From Octopus vulgaris (taxonomy: Eukaryota), in NCBI GenBank assembly GCA_951406725.2, contig OX597814.1, positions 81,220,001 through 81,284,000 on the forward strand: a stretch of DNA of 64,000 bases, in the 5' to 3' direction. Position 1 is the first letter of the stretch. Every line of letters starts with the position of its first letter. The notes below the pieces were generated by a model that saw only the letters and a program-made list of their open reading frames with translations, had not been told where the DNA came from and ran no database searches. This document shows, piece after piece, positions 24,925-37,316 of this stretch. Position numbers and translations under genes: made by a program.

Positions 24925-25646
24925 GTTGTACATAAGAAGCATCAGATGTGGTGTGCAAGAGAGATGACTGTGCTGGTATGGTCATGTGTTGCATATGGAT
25001 GAGGACAGCTGTGTGAAAAAGTGTCACACCCTTACAGTGGAGTGATCCTGTGGAAGAGGTAGGCCCAGGAAGACCTGGGATGAGGTGGTGAAGCACGACC
25101 TTCAAACATTGGGCCTCACAGAGGCAATGACAAGCGACTGAGACCTTTGGAGATATGCTGTGCTTGAGATGATCTGGCAAGCCAAGTGAGATCATAACTG
25201 TGGTCGATGCCAGTATCACATAACCAGCCCGTTTAAAAGTACCTTTCAATTGTTGGGCAATAAACTGTGCTTGAGAAGACCTGTTGAGTTAAGTGAAATT
25301 GTAGTCATGGCTGATGCCATTGCCGCCAGACTGGTACCCATACTGGTGGCATGTAAAAAGCACCATTCAAGCATGGCCAATGCCAGTGCCAGTGGCACTT
25401 AAAAAACACCATTCAAGCATGGTTGATGCCAGTGTTGCCTGACTGGCTCCTGTATTGGTGGCACATAAAAAGCACACACTACACACTCAGAGTGATTGGC
25501 ATTAGGAAGGGCATCCAGCTGCAGAAACCTTGCCAGATCAGATTGGAGCCTGCTGCAGCCTCCTGGCTTGCCAGTCCTCAGTCAAACTGCCCAATCCATG
25601 CCAGCATGGAAAGCACATCTTAAATGATGATGATCATGATGATGAT
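24925..25646 (+). mobile_element. RTE LINE 3' fragment (same family as 21620-22608, opposite strand)
   Basis: IRSIRCGVQER*LCWYGHVLHMDEDSCVKKCHTLTVE*SCGRGRPRKTWDEVVKHDLQTLGLTEAMTSD*DLWRYAV; shortened UTR array; ends ttaaatgatgatg. Confidence 0.9.
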
Positions 25647-25654
25647 ATATGGGT

Positions 25655-25830
25655 GAGCTTGGATCTATGGTTAAGAAGTTTGTTTCCCAGATATTTAAGG
25701 TTTAGTCCCATTGTGTGGAATCCTGGGCAAGTGTCTTCTACTATAGCCTCAGGCTGGCCAAATCCTTGTGAATGGATTTAGTAGACAGAAACTGAAAGAA
25801 GCTTGTGTGTGTTAGTGTCTCCTTTTCTTG
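25655..25830 (+). mobile_element. SINE family B head
   Basis: ggttaagaagttt..tttagtccc..ctgggcaagtgtcttctactatagcctc..gaaactgaaagaagc. Confidence 0.8.
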
Positions 25831-26712
25831 GCGTCATATAATGGATGCATATAAGCAAAAATGGATACAATCGGAATAAAGAAGAAACAGTGATGTAGTT
25901 AAATTTACCCTGGTATCATATATTATCAGCTTTAAAAAAACAAAAAAAGGACATCAGATAATGCAGTCCTAGAATGGAATAGTCATAGCTCAAGTAACAC
26001 CTTTGATCGTATGTCTGCTTGATCAGAGGTAATATGGGATGAAACAACAAGTAAATAGTATTTGAGGCTGTTAGTCCAGTGTGTTAGCTACCATTTTTAC
26101 CAAATTCTGTCATTCTCATATGAAGAAATATTTTCATTGTATTACTGTTGTGGTATAGTAGGGGGATTGGTTTCTTAGTGATCTCACCAATTCCAAGAGA
26201 ACTTTGGGTTAGAAATCACTAAAGTAGTTTCAAACTCTTTTCGTGTCCTGTATCAGACTTTATACCGAACTGTCAATAGTGACAAAAATGATTGCAGGGA
26301 AAGAACAACATTAACACTGATTACATAGGATTAAATTGTGGCACCGAAATATTCGACTTTATTATTTATTGTTTTTTTTTTCAGTTTCTTTAGAAAATAT
26401 CTTCTACTTTAGATATTATGGTAATTAATAATCAGTTTGTGAGATATTTAGAGACCACAACCTCAATTTGCAATCGCAATAACAGAACTCACCCACACTT
26501 CATGGACTAATCACAGGCATCAATAGGTTGCAATACTGTTGCACTACTCCACAGTCACTTCCACCAGTATTACTTAATATAATTCTATAAAGTAAATAGG
26601 ATCAGAATAGAATGAACTGAACATATTGGTAAGCTTTTTAGTTTATTCTGAAACATTGTGTATGTGCGTATTTGTGTATATATGTGTGTGTGCATGTATA
26701 TGTGTATATGTG

Positions 26713-26795
<83 letters not shown>

Positions 26796-27351
26796 CTGTA
26801 TATGTGCATGTACGTACATACATCTGTTTATATACAGAGACAATATATTTAAGAGATATATGGATATCAATTGTTATACACATACATTCATATAGACACA
26901 TACAGACATGTGCTTGTGTACATACATAGATACATAATCATTGTGAACATCGGAAATGACTAGATGACTAGTGTATAAGCAGAACTTGTAGTCAAGTTGA
27001 AAGAGTAATTTTGAGTGAAAGAAGCTTTAGTTTGTGGTAATAATGGAAATGGACATTAGGATCAGAATCTAATCAGATCTGTCTTCATACAGCTCACTTC
27101 AGTCATCTTTATTAACTATTTCATATTATAGAGAAGGCAACGAGTTTCATATTAAATATTAAAACAAATGAATGTGTCGAGAGTTGAACAATATATACCC
27201 CCGCCTCCTCACACACTACACACACACAATGAATTAAAGGGACATGTTATTTCTATGAAGATCACAGGTACCTATGACTTTTACAGGACCTCCTTGGCTG
27301 GTTTAATTGATACAATTTATGCTTAGTTTGACCTTAAGTAGATCAATGTGA

Positions 27352-27685
27352 AGGCACATGGCTCAGCGCTTAAAGCATCAGGCTCACAATCATGAGGTAG
27401 TGAGTTCAATTCCTGGACTGGGCTGTGTGTTGTGTTCTTGAACAAAACTCTTTATTTCATGTTACTCCATTTCACTCAGCTGTAGAAATGAGTTGTAACG
27501 TCACTGGTGCCAAACTGTATCAGCCTATGCCTTTCCCTTAGTTAGCATTGGTGGCATGGAGAGGGAAGGCTGGTATGCATTGGTGACTGCTGGTTTTCTA
27601 TAAACAACCTTGCTTGGACTTGTGCCTCGGAGCGTAACTTTCTAGGTGCAATCCCATGGTCATTCATGACTGAAGGGGGTTCTTT
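27352..27685 (+). mobile_element. SINE family D (tRNA-derived head, anticodon-loop-like CTCACAA)
   Basis: A box TGGCTCAGCG, B box GAGTTCAATTCC, then tgttgtgttcttgaacaa..cactcagctgtagaaatg; collinear with 36701-37030. Confidence 0.85.
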
Positions 27686-27769
27686 ATATAGACCAATGGA
27701 TTGAATTTAAAAATATAGGCATAGGGGGAATTCCAGAGGGTTTCAGTTTTACTGAAGAAGGATTGGGTA

Positions 27770-28115
27770 AAAAGTTAAGAACCTTACTTTCCAACCATAT
27801 AGTTTTGGGCTCATTACCACTGCATGGCATCTTGGGCAAGTATCTTCTGCTACATCTCCATGTTAAACAAAGCCTCTGCAATTGGATTTAGTAGATGGAA
27901 ATTGAAAAATGCTCATCATGTGTGTGTGAGTGTTGTTGTATTTGTCCCCCACCACTGCTTGTCAACCAATGTTGGTTTATTTACATTCCCATAACTTCAA
28001 AGTTTTGGCAAAAGTAACTGATAGAATAAGTAACAGGCTTAAAAAATTTCTTGAACTAAACCCTTCAATGTTGTGCCCCTGCATGACCACATTTCAACGA
28101 CTGAAACAAGAAAGA
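27770..28115 (+). mobile_element. SINE family B, diverged
   Basis: catggcatcttgggcaagt..(TG)n..tttgtcccc..gactgaaacaag. Confidence 0.75.
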
Positions 28116-28404
28116 AATGACGTAAGATTATTCTTTAAAAAATGCAATTTTGACGAAGATATAGTTATTTCAACATTTATTCATATTAACACTTTTGGAA
28201 GACACTATATGGCTGTGATTTAATGGACTGAGTGTTAGAAATGTGAGTGAAAGAAAGTTTTGTGAGCTCCAACCCAGACATGTAGGCCTCTGCTATGCTA
28301 TTACCACAACTCAACTTTTTTGATGTAGTCCTTTCCTTTTGCTTATATTACTAAGGCTTTTCATAAAGATGTGAACATCATACTATCCTATCTCTCTCTA
28401 CTTA

Positions 28405-28522
<118 letters not shown>

Positions 28523-29279
28523 TGTGTGTATCATACCCTCTCTCTCTCTACTTCTCGGGATGCAATATCTTGTTATGTGAAACCTACTTTTGGAATGTAA
28601 TCTCTAGGCTGATTCATAGGGCCAGGTCTCTCCTCCCAAGACACACATGCACACACACACACACACACACACATACATTTTATATATGTGTTATATAAGG
28701 TTTGTTTCATCCAGTGCCCTACCCCAACACAAGAACATGAAACAAGAAAGAATAAAATACATACAACCACTGAATCATGCCAAGGGCATCATGCTCAAAT
28801 CACTGTTAATGTATCCCAGTTACACATCGATTCTCCAGCCCTTAATACATACAACCCTCCACACATACACACAGAATATGCATGCACCAACATACCTTGA
28901 ACACAAATGTTATTTGTGTTACTGTTATTGTTAACAATTTTCACATTTGAAACTCACAAAATAGATCTGTTTCCCTTCTATCATTGAATCAGATATCAAA
29001 TGGGTATCATATTTTACTCTAGGATGCATTCAAAGATTATATATATGTATCATATTTTATTCTTGGATCCATTCAAAGATTAAGAAGAGAAAGAATGTAT
29101 ACAAACTTGTAAGTTATTGAATTACATTGAAATGTTGAGTTGAATTTCTGCTAGTCGGTATCAAGAATTCTCCTCTTATTGATTATAGTAGAGTTTCTTA
29201 TAAGGAACAAAACAGGTGTAATACTATTGAATTTAACTTTTTCTCAGGTTATGAGGAGTCATAGAATTGGCACTCATTT

Positions 29280-29500
29280 GTTGTAGTTGTTGTTCAGCAT
29301 TAAATTATCCCTGAATGAGCCGGCCTATAATGAAAGGTATTTTAGATATGACCATTCTATCTTAGGGCTATCAAGGATTACATTTTCTAACACAGCCATC
29401 TCTTTTTTAAGATGATGAAATATAATTTGAGAGAGAAATATAGCTGCTTGGGCTAGCAGAGCCAGTAATTATTTAGTGACTCTGTCATTGGCTCAGAGCC
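29280..29500 (+). mobile_element. Old interspersed repeat family E (unclassified, many fragments)
   Basis: Motif series gttgttgtt..cctatgatcaaagg..tatgaccat..tacattatccaatgtg..atttgag..gctgctatttctagca..cattggct recurs on both strands near 680, 14620, 18070, 18500, 20490, 25950, 30770, 39100, 40110, 46410, 46700 and 50110. Confidence 0.7.
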
Positions 29501-30021
29501 TTCATCTATAATGTTTAACATGACGTGAAACATGCAAAGTACACATAATATTTTCTTTGATAGGAAGCAAGTATAACATATAGAAGTAACTATCCCAAGA
29601 AAGCAATACTCTAGACTCTATAAATTCCCCAGCTCTCATTAACCTGGGCTCCTAAGCAAAAATGTAAATAGTTGCATATACAGCTCAAGAGTAATGATTA
29701 GAGGCAAACTAATGGACAGAATTACAAAAAGAACTCAGGAGTATATCAATAATAGGCTTATCTCTCAACTACCATATTTGTTCACCTGAATGTTTAATTT
29801 CCTCATCACTTTCACCAGTTTGATTGTCCAAATCATTTTCATTGCTTGCATAAGAGTAAACTCTTCATCCAAAAAATAATATCATCAATAATTTCCTCAA
29901 CTATAAAGAGTCTAGGCCATGCTCAATCACAACACAATATACTGAATTCACTCTGGTTTTTTTTTTTTTTTTTTGCTTTTATTTTCCTGATTAACAACAA
30001 AAATAAGCAACAGATATTTCA

Positions 30022-30255
30022 TATTTCTTTATTGCTCACAAGGGGCTAAACATAGAGGGGACAAACAAGGACAGACAAACGGATTAAGTCGATTACATCG
30101 ACTCCAGCGCATAACTGGTACTTAATTTATTAACCCTGAAAGGATGAAAGGCAAAGTCAACCTTGGTGGAATTTGAACTCAGAACGTAGCGGCAGATGAA
30201 ATACCGCTAAGCATTTTGCCTGGCATGCTAACGTTTCTGCCAGCTCGCTGCCTTA
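30022..30255 (-). mobile_element. SINE family A, full-length with TSD
   Basis: Collinear with the 12320 copy; TSD TAAGCAAC(A/T)GATAT at 30004-30017 and 30259-30272. Confidence 0.9.
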
Positions 30256-32789
30256 AAGTAAGCAACTGATATGGGGACACCTTTAACAATGAGTCATAAA
30301 CACATTTGAGTACAAACACAGAAACGCATTTAACTACTGGTCAGTTATCTAATTTTAGAATTTTATCTTCTTTTTTTTACATGTGTTGTTCATTACTGCT
30401 TTAATGGTAGTGATTATGTTTAGACTATTCTCGGTATACTATCTTCATCTTCATTTAACTTCCCTGTTTTTATGCTTGAATGCATGAGACAAAGTTTATT
30501 TGGGGCAGATTTTTTATAGCTGGATATCCTTCTTGTCTCCAACCCTCACCTATTTCTAAGCAAGGAAAGATTTTTCCATAGTCAGATATGTTCTCACAGA
30601 ATACTGGAAAGGAGTGACACTGCTGGTATGATAGTGACACTCATTTACAACCATTGCAGAGTGTCAAAATGCAAAGACACAAGCACACACCCAAGAGGTG
30701 TGTGTTGTTTGCACTGTGAGAACAATATTTTCTATCATGATTAACTAGACGAAGAGAATATTTGTGAGGTCAATCAAACTGGTAGAAATAGCGGCCAAAT
30801 CTCTCTGAAAGCCTACCTTCTTCTCTGAGAAATTGAAGAACAAGTTGGGTAATATAGTCCTGGATACATTATGTCTTAAAATGAAACATGGCATTATGAT
30901 TATGGCTTGAATCTGTTTGATTACAAGTCTACCAAAAAGAACCTATATGTTGTCTATCAACCTGATGAAATAGAAGTCAATTCTCCCTGAAATCCCACCT
31001 TATCTGAGAAATTTAGAAACAAATTAGATGATATTCTTCTGGATACGTTATGACTAAAAAGAAACACCTTTTATCACACACAAGTATGCTAGAACAACAT
31101 CAGAGAGAGTTTATTGAGCAATCACTCAATATCTCAGAATTAGTAACTAAATTTGTTCAAACTCTGTTGTCTTCTGATGAGGAGAATCTATTGGAGTGAT
31201 GATTGCTGAACTGCTTGACCAATATCTTGACCAATATGAAATAATTGACAGCCCTACAAAAAATAATGAAAGAAGACATATATATGCACCCACGCACACA
31301 CACACACATATGTATACATACACCCATGTGTACATATGTATATATATATATTAAATGTATCTATGTGTGTATATGTGTGTGTGTGAATGTATATATACTT
31401 ATATATATATATATATATATAAGTATATATACATTCAAACACACACACACTTTTTATCTTGACAACATTGTATTTCCAACTCTACCATAGTCTACTTCAT
31501 GGAGATTCTCTTCTTTCCCAAATTCTCCAGTAACAGACAAAATGACGTCTTCACTATTAATCGGTTTTACTAACCTTAGAAGTATTTTCATTTCTTTTTT
31601 TTTTTTATCTATACTCTTTCTTTTTATACCGTTTCTTTAAGCCAAGAAAATAAAATCGTTGATGTTAGCTGTTGCAAGTAATGGAAATATATTTCTTTAA
31701 AACAGCTGCCCCAAGTAACAATCTACCTCCAGGAATACAATTAGAAAGTTATAAAGGCAAAGTTTTATTTTTCTTGTTGTAATACAGTAACTTAAGAATT
31801 AAAACTGTGTCTCTTTTATTTTTTAGATTCTTTTTTTGTCTCTTTATCAAACTGCATCTCTAATGTTCTATCTGTGTGTCTATATTTCTTTCTCTCTCTT
31901 ACTTCATTTCCTGTAAACCAAGAATTTCATATTTCACCTCTTAATCTTTAGATTATAGATTAGTAAGATAAACAAATGCAGCAGAATTTTTTTTTTTTAA
32001 TCTGTTTCTTTAAGTATGGAAGAATATTGTTTCAACCCTTTAAGGATAGCTGGCAGAGAATAGATCACCTATATTTATTTAACTTGCCTCAGAAGGAATT
32101 GCAGTTAGATATACGCGCACATGCACACATACACACACATGCACATACCAATTTTTCTTTAATGTCTATTGTATTTTTTTTATTGCTATCAGCCAAGATT
32201 ATTTACTAGGCTGTTTACAGTGGCTTAAAACTGACCAGTATGTTACTAAGTGAGTAGAAATACTGGTTTACTCATTATGAATGTAGCAATTCTGAAGCCT
32301 AGAAATCTTAAACAATAGGGAATGAAATACAGCTTTGTCTGTTTGCTATTTTCAAAGACTTTAATGATGCAAATGAAGCAAATGTTTTTCAATTTGGCAT
32401 TGAAAACAAGTCATAGACTGGAAAATAAAAGCAACGACATGAAAACAACAATAATACCATCCTACTTTCTATACAAGCATGGCTTAACTAGAATTTGTTG
32501 AAGCAGATTTTCTACAGTCAGACACCCCTTTCTATCATCAACTTTCACTAATTTCCAAGCAAGATAATATTTCCCCATGACTAGATATATTTTCACAGAA
32601 GATTGGTAACAATACCTCTTGTATGACAGTGACACTTGTTTACAACTATCATGCTTTTCAAGTCAAGGAGGCACAAACACACACATACACACATATATTT
32701 ACATATATATGATGAGCTTCTTTCAGTTTCCATCTACCAAATCCACCCACAAGGTGTGGTTGACCCAGCTATAGTGGTAGACATTTATA

Positions 32790-33400
32790 TTACTAGAGGC
32801 ATGCAAAGTATTGGGTCTTCCCATTAATAATGCATTTTTTATACTTATTTTAGTTTTCAAAATTAAGATAAACAAAGTATTTTTTAATCTAAAATATATT
32901 CTCCTTCATTTTCTACAATGCTCTTCCATCTATCTGGTAGACTTGCAAGGCCCCTCTTCCAAATTTCACTTGTCCATGACAAAAAATACTTCTCCAGTAC
33001 TGTTCTTATCTCATATACAGAATTCATTTTTTTCTGCCCAAATGATTTTGAAGACTGTGGAATACATGATAATCAGATGGGGCAATGTCTGGCAAATATG
33101 GTGGATGGGGCATCGTTTCCCATTTAAACTGCTTTAGCCTTTGGAATGTCATCTGTACTGTATGTTGCCAAGCATTATCCTGATGGGAGAACACCTTTTG
33201 TCTTCAAACCAAAGATGGTCATTTTTCTTCTAGTGCTGACTTAAGCTGCTCGCTGTAGATCTCTTTTGTTATCATTTGGTTTGGGTTTAAAAGTTCAAAG
33301 TGAACTAAACCTTTCATATCCCACTAACAGATAACAAAACCGTATGTGGGTGAAGGCCTTTTTAGCCTGGGGTGCCGGTGTTTCTCCATGACACTGGTGA
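32790..33400 (-). mobile_element. Mariner (DD34D) transposase pseudogene, 3' half plus terminal region
   Basis: Minus translation: WDMKGLVHFELL ... HQDNAWQHTVQMTFQRLKQFKWETMPHPPYLPDIAPSDYHVF (34 residues between the two D) ... WKRGLASLPDRWKSIVENEGEYILD* (stop at 32884). Frameshifted; truncates a family B SINE. Confidence 0.9.
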
Positions 33401-33533
33401 TAAGATCAGAGGACTCGAGGAAAGAGAAAGACAATAGCAACAATAATGATTAATTGATAAATATGATAAATTATGACAATGATGGTGATGATGATTGTCA
33501 ATATAGCAATGATAATGATGTTAGATCAATGTA

Positions 33534-33564
<31 letters not shown>

Positions 33565-33688
33565 GAGAAGGAGGAAGAGGAAGTCAAGGAGGGGAATTTT
33601 TAAAAAAATAATTTTCTACTTGATTCATTCTGTTGGAATGTATTAAAACACAATTTAATTGCAATCTTTTCTGCCAATTTTCTTTGAT

Positions 33689-33724
<36 letters not shown>

Positions 33725-34509
33725 TTTGTAAGTATTAATTTTAAATGTATTTCTGATAATATGACATGATATAATAAGTAATGCTTAATATTACGAAATG
33801 AAAAACATTATGTAAGAACTATAAAAATCGCTATTGATTTCTTTTACAAATATGTGTGTGTGTGTGTGTGTATTCTTTTGTTTAATCAATATTTGGCAGT
33901 TGGTTGTACAAAATGTGTTGTATGACTAACAAAGGTAATAATGAAGTTAGTATCTTACCAATATTTCATAGATGAGAAGGTGGTCGAGGTGCTTGGCAGG
34001 ATTGGTAAAGCACCAGACTAAATGTCTTTCACTAATTAGTGTACTTATTCTTTTCTTCATAAACTAGTTTCACTTATTGGATTGTAGCCATTCTGGGGCA
34101 CTGCTGTCACAGATTTTTAATTGATTATATGATATCAACACTTAGTACTTTTTCTGGTACTTATTTTCCATTCTTCTCATAAAGATATAGAACACAAAAT
34201 TAACTTTTGCATAAAGAAAGGTTGAACTTAAATATGATAAATAAATAACACTGCTACATACATACCCCCCCACACACACACACACACACAAACACTAATA
34301 CTCTGTTTTATATTTTCTCTGTGAGTGAAACTTCATTATAATGATGCAATTTATATAGTGACCGCAATGACTGAAAGAAACATATTTTTCATTGCTTGGC
34401 CACTCCCAGAATTTCCTGCTTAATTTTGAGCCAGTCATAATTTTGAATTCTGGAGTGTTTAACAAACATCCATCTACTTTTGTAACAGTTTCATAATTTC
34501 TGAAAGTAG

Positions 34510-34830
34510 TCATCATCATCATCCTCATCATCATACTGGCATAGTTTTCGACAATTTCACAGGATCCAATGAGCCAGCTGGCTTTGCCAAGTTCCAATGC
34601 CTGCTTTGGCATGCTTTTATGACTGGATGCCCTTCCTAATGCCAAGCATTTTACAAAGTGTACTGGGTGCTTTTTCTTTCCTGACACCAGCACTAGTGAG
34701 ATTGCCAAGTAACATATAAGACAAATGTAAAAACCTCTCAACTGAATGGGGTTGTAGTAGAGGGGGGGGGTCTATACCTGAATAACAGGCACAGGTGTCT
34801 TGTTAGAGAGGAGATGTGTGGCTACCCTGC
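34510..34830 (-). mobile_element. RTE-3'UTR-related repeat
   Basis: (CAT)n..ggatgcccttcctaatgccaa..ctgggtgctttt; accounts for the first half of ORF 34295..34741. Confidence 0.7.
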
Positions 34831-35099
34831 ATTATATAAGGGTGGGCAGCTCCAAAAAAGACAAAGACAGTGGTGACAAGGTTTTTAATTTTATTTTGAT
34901 CTTAAATTTAACAATTTAATCAGGTACAGCACTGGTATTAAAAAGATGGAATATAGGTATTTTGTATCAGGATGAGATGATAAAGAGAAACTATAAGACA
35001 GTGAATCTATGGTCTTATAATATCAGTTTTCCTGAAAAATCAAGGTACTGACGGATGTTGATGAGCATTACAGCCAAAATTAACATCATTTTAGTTTTA

Positions 35100-35402
35100 T
35101 CATCATCATTATCATTTAACATCTGTTTTCGATACTGGTATGGGTTGGACACCTTGAATGGAGCTGGAAAACCAGAGGACTGCACCAGTCTCCACTGTTT
35201 GCTTTGACATAGTTTTTACTGCTGGACGTCCTTCTTAACATCAACCACTTTACAAATTGAATTGGGTGCTTTTCACATGACACCAGCACTGACGAGGTCT
35301 GTTTTGGCATGTTTCCATGGTTGGATGCCCTTCCTAATGCCAACCACTTTATAGAGTGGACTGGGTGTTTTCCTGTGGCACTGGCAAGGTCTACTTTGGC
35401 AT
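35100..35402 (-). mobile_element. RTE-3'UTR-related repeat with about 100-bp internal duplication
   Basis: ggatgcccttcctaatgccaaccacttt...gggtg occurs twice (about 35224 and about 35323). Confidence 0.75.
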
Positions 35403-35914
35403 TTTTTAATATTAATTTCATATATTTGTCTTAATCCAGTATTTTTCTTACTCCACCATGTAACATAAGTGTAATTAATATCATTAGATATCAAAATAAA
35501 GTTTGTCTAAGAAAATATGCCTTGAAAATGGAAATAGAAAAAGTTAAAATATCTCCAGCAAGTACATAAATAAAGAATAAATTGGAATTTGAAAACTGAC
35601 CAAGAATATTTTTCATAGAAGTTCCTTGAACTTGAAATTATTCTTCTCACGGTAATTTTTGATAGGAATATTTAATGAAGCATTTAGCAAACAGATTGTG
35701 TGTGACCCAAGAATTTGTGTTGAATTTCCATGACAGGCAGGTGATAATTAAGATTTATTGTATTACTGATAATGAGACTGTCATTTATGAATACCTTAAA
35801 GAGTTTCCAGAATCAAGCATTAATGAGCTTACAGAACCTTAAGTATTAAGTTCAGATAACAAAGAAGTTCCTTCATAACAGTTTTAACAAGAAAGAGATG
35901 ATATCTTTTATCAT

Positions 35915-36270
35915 TTTTCTTGTTTCAGTCATTAGATTGCAGCCATACTGGGTCACTCTATTGAAAGGTTTAGTCAAACAAGTCAACCCCAATGCATTTT
36001 TTTAAAGCATGGTACTCATTCTAAGGGTTTCTTTTGCTGAACTGCTAAGCTGCAGGGATATAATCAAACCAATACAGGTTGTCAAACAGTGTGAAGGACA
36101 AACACAAATACACACACACATATATATACACAGTTCTGTCCACCAACTCCACTCACAAGGTTTTGGTTGACCCAGGGCTATAGTGAAAGACGCTTCCGTA
36201 AAGTGCCACACAGTGGGACTGAACCAAAGCCCACATGGTTGGGAAACAATCTTCTTACCACAAAGTCACA
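35915..36270 (-). mobile_element. SINE family B
   Basis: cttgtttcagtcat...(CA/TA)n...ccactcacaagg...gtgggactgaacc...cttcttaccac. Confidence 0.8.
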
Positions 36271-36700
36271 ACTGTACTTTGAATTATAACTGTAATTTTG
36301 AAGCAGGGCAGGTCTTAATTGATCACATCAGCTGCAGTATTTGACTGCTACTTTAATTTTAAGGACCCCAAAGGGATGACATGCAAAGTTGATCCCAGCA
36401 GGATTTGAACTCAGAATGTAAAAAGCTAGAACAAATTCTGCTGGATATTTTGTCCAATGTACTACCTTAACAAGATATGAAGAAAATACTTATCAATAAT
36501 GGAGTATATTCATGAGACCATACAACTTCACCTAAATATATATGCATATATTTAGAGAATGTGAGAGAGCAGAAGAGAGAGTATTAGGCTTACACACACA
36601 TATATAAAAAAAATATTTATATACTAAATAAATGTTGTATATAGACACACATGAACATGTATGCACACAAATGCATACATACAAATAATAGCATTTGCAT

Positions 36701-37030
36701 GCATGGCTCAGTGGTTAGAGTGTTGGGCTCACAATCATGAGGTAGTGAGTTCGATTTCCAGACCAGGCTGTGTGTTGTGTTCTTGAGTAAGACTCTTTAT
36801 TTTATGTTACTTCAGTTCACTCAGCAGTGGAAATGGGTTATGATGTCACTAGTGGCAAGCTGTATCGGCCTTTTCCTTTCCCATGAATAACACCAGTGGG
36901 GTGGAGAGGGGAGGCTGGTATGCATGGGCAACTTCTGGTCATCCATAAACAACCTTGTCTGGACTTGTGATTCAGAGGGTAACTTTCTAGATGCAATCCC
37001 ATGGTTATTCATGACCAAAGGGGGTCCTTT
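36701..37030 (+). mobile_element. SINE family D
   Basis: A box TGGCTCAGTGG and B box GAGTTCGATTTCC; collinear with 27352-27685; followed by (TA)n. Confidence 0.85.
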
Positions 37031-37134
37031 ATATATATATATATATATATATACTTGTTTGATGAAGAGATTTGGTCTTAGATAGAGTTTAAAAACTGTA
37101 ACATATACAACATAGAAAAATTATGACAGTCATT

Positions 37135-37316
37135 AGTGTTTTTTCATTCACATTGTTTTTAATTGTTCCATATCTTTGAAATTCTGATGATGTGATTGTA
37201 TAATTTTTGGAATGAAATTGAGTGGTAGGTGTGATAGGCTGGTTCTGAGAGGTTAGAACATAAAACAGGTAGCATATTTGGGCCAGATGTGGTTGGTTTA
37301 AATGCTAAGGGGTTAA
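37135..37316. mobile_element. piggyBac-like MITE, partial
   Basis: Ends ggtttaaatgctaaGGG|TTAA; the body matches the copies at 14206 and 46103. Confidence 0.65.

Noticed and set aside
26222-26265. Possible minus-strand hammerhead remnant (also 1918-1953, 6815-6860 and 41230-41290)
   Set aside because: One core or the cleavage triplet is missing in each, so they cannot be told from chance.
27352-27425. tRNA-Val(CAC)-like gene (also at 36701)
   Set aside because: A and B boxes are present but the acceptor stem is not intact and the sequence continues into a SINE body.
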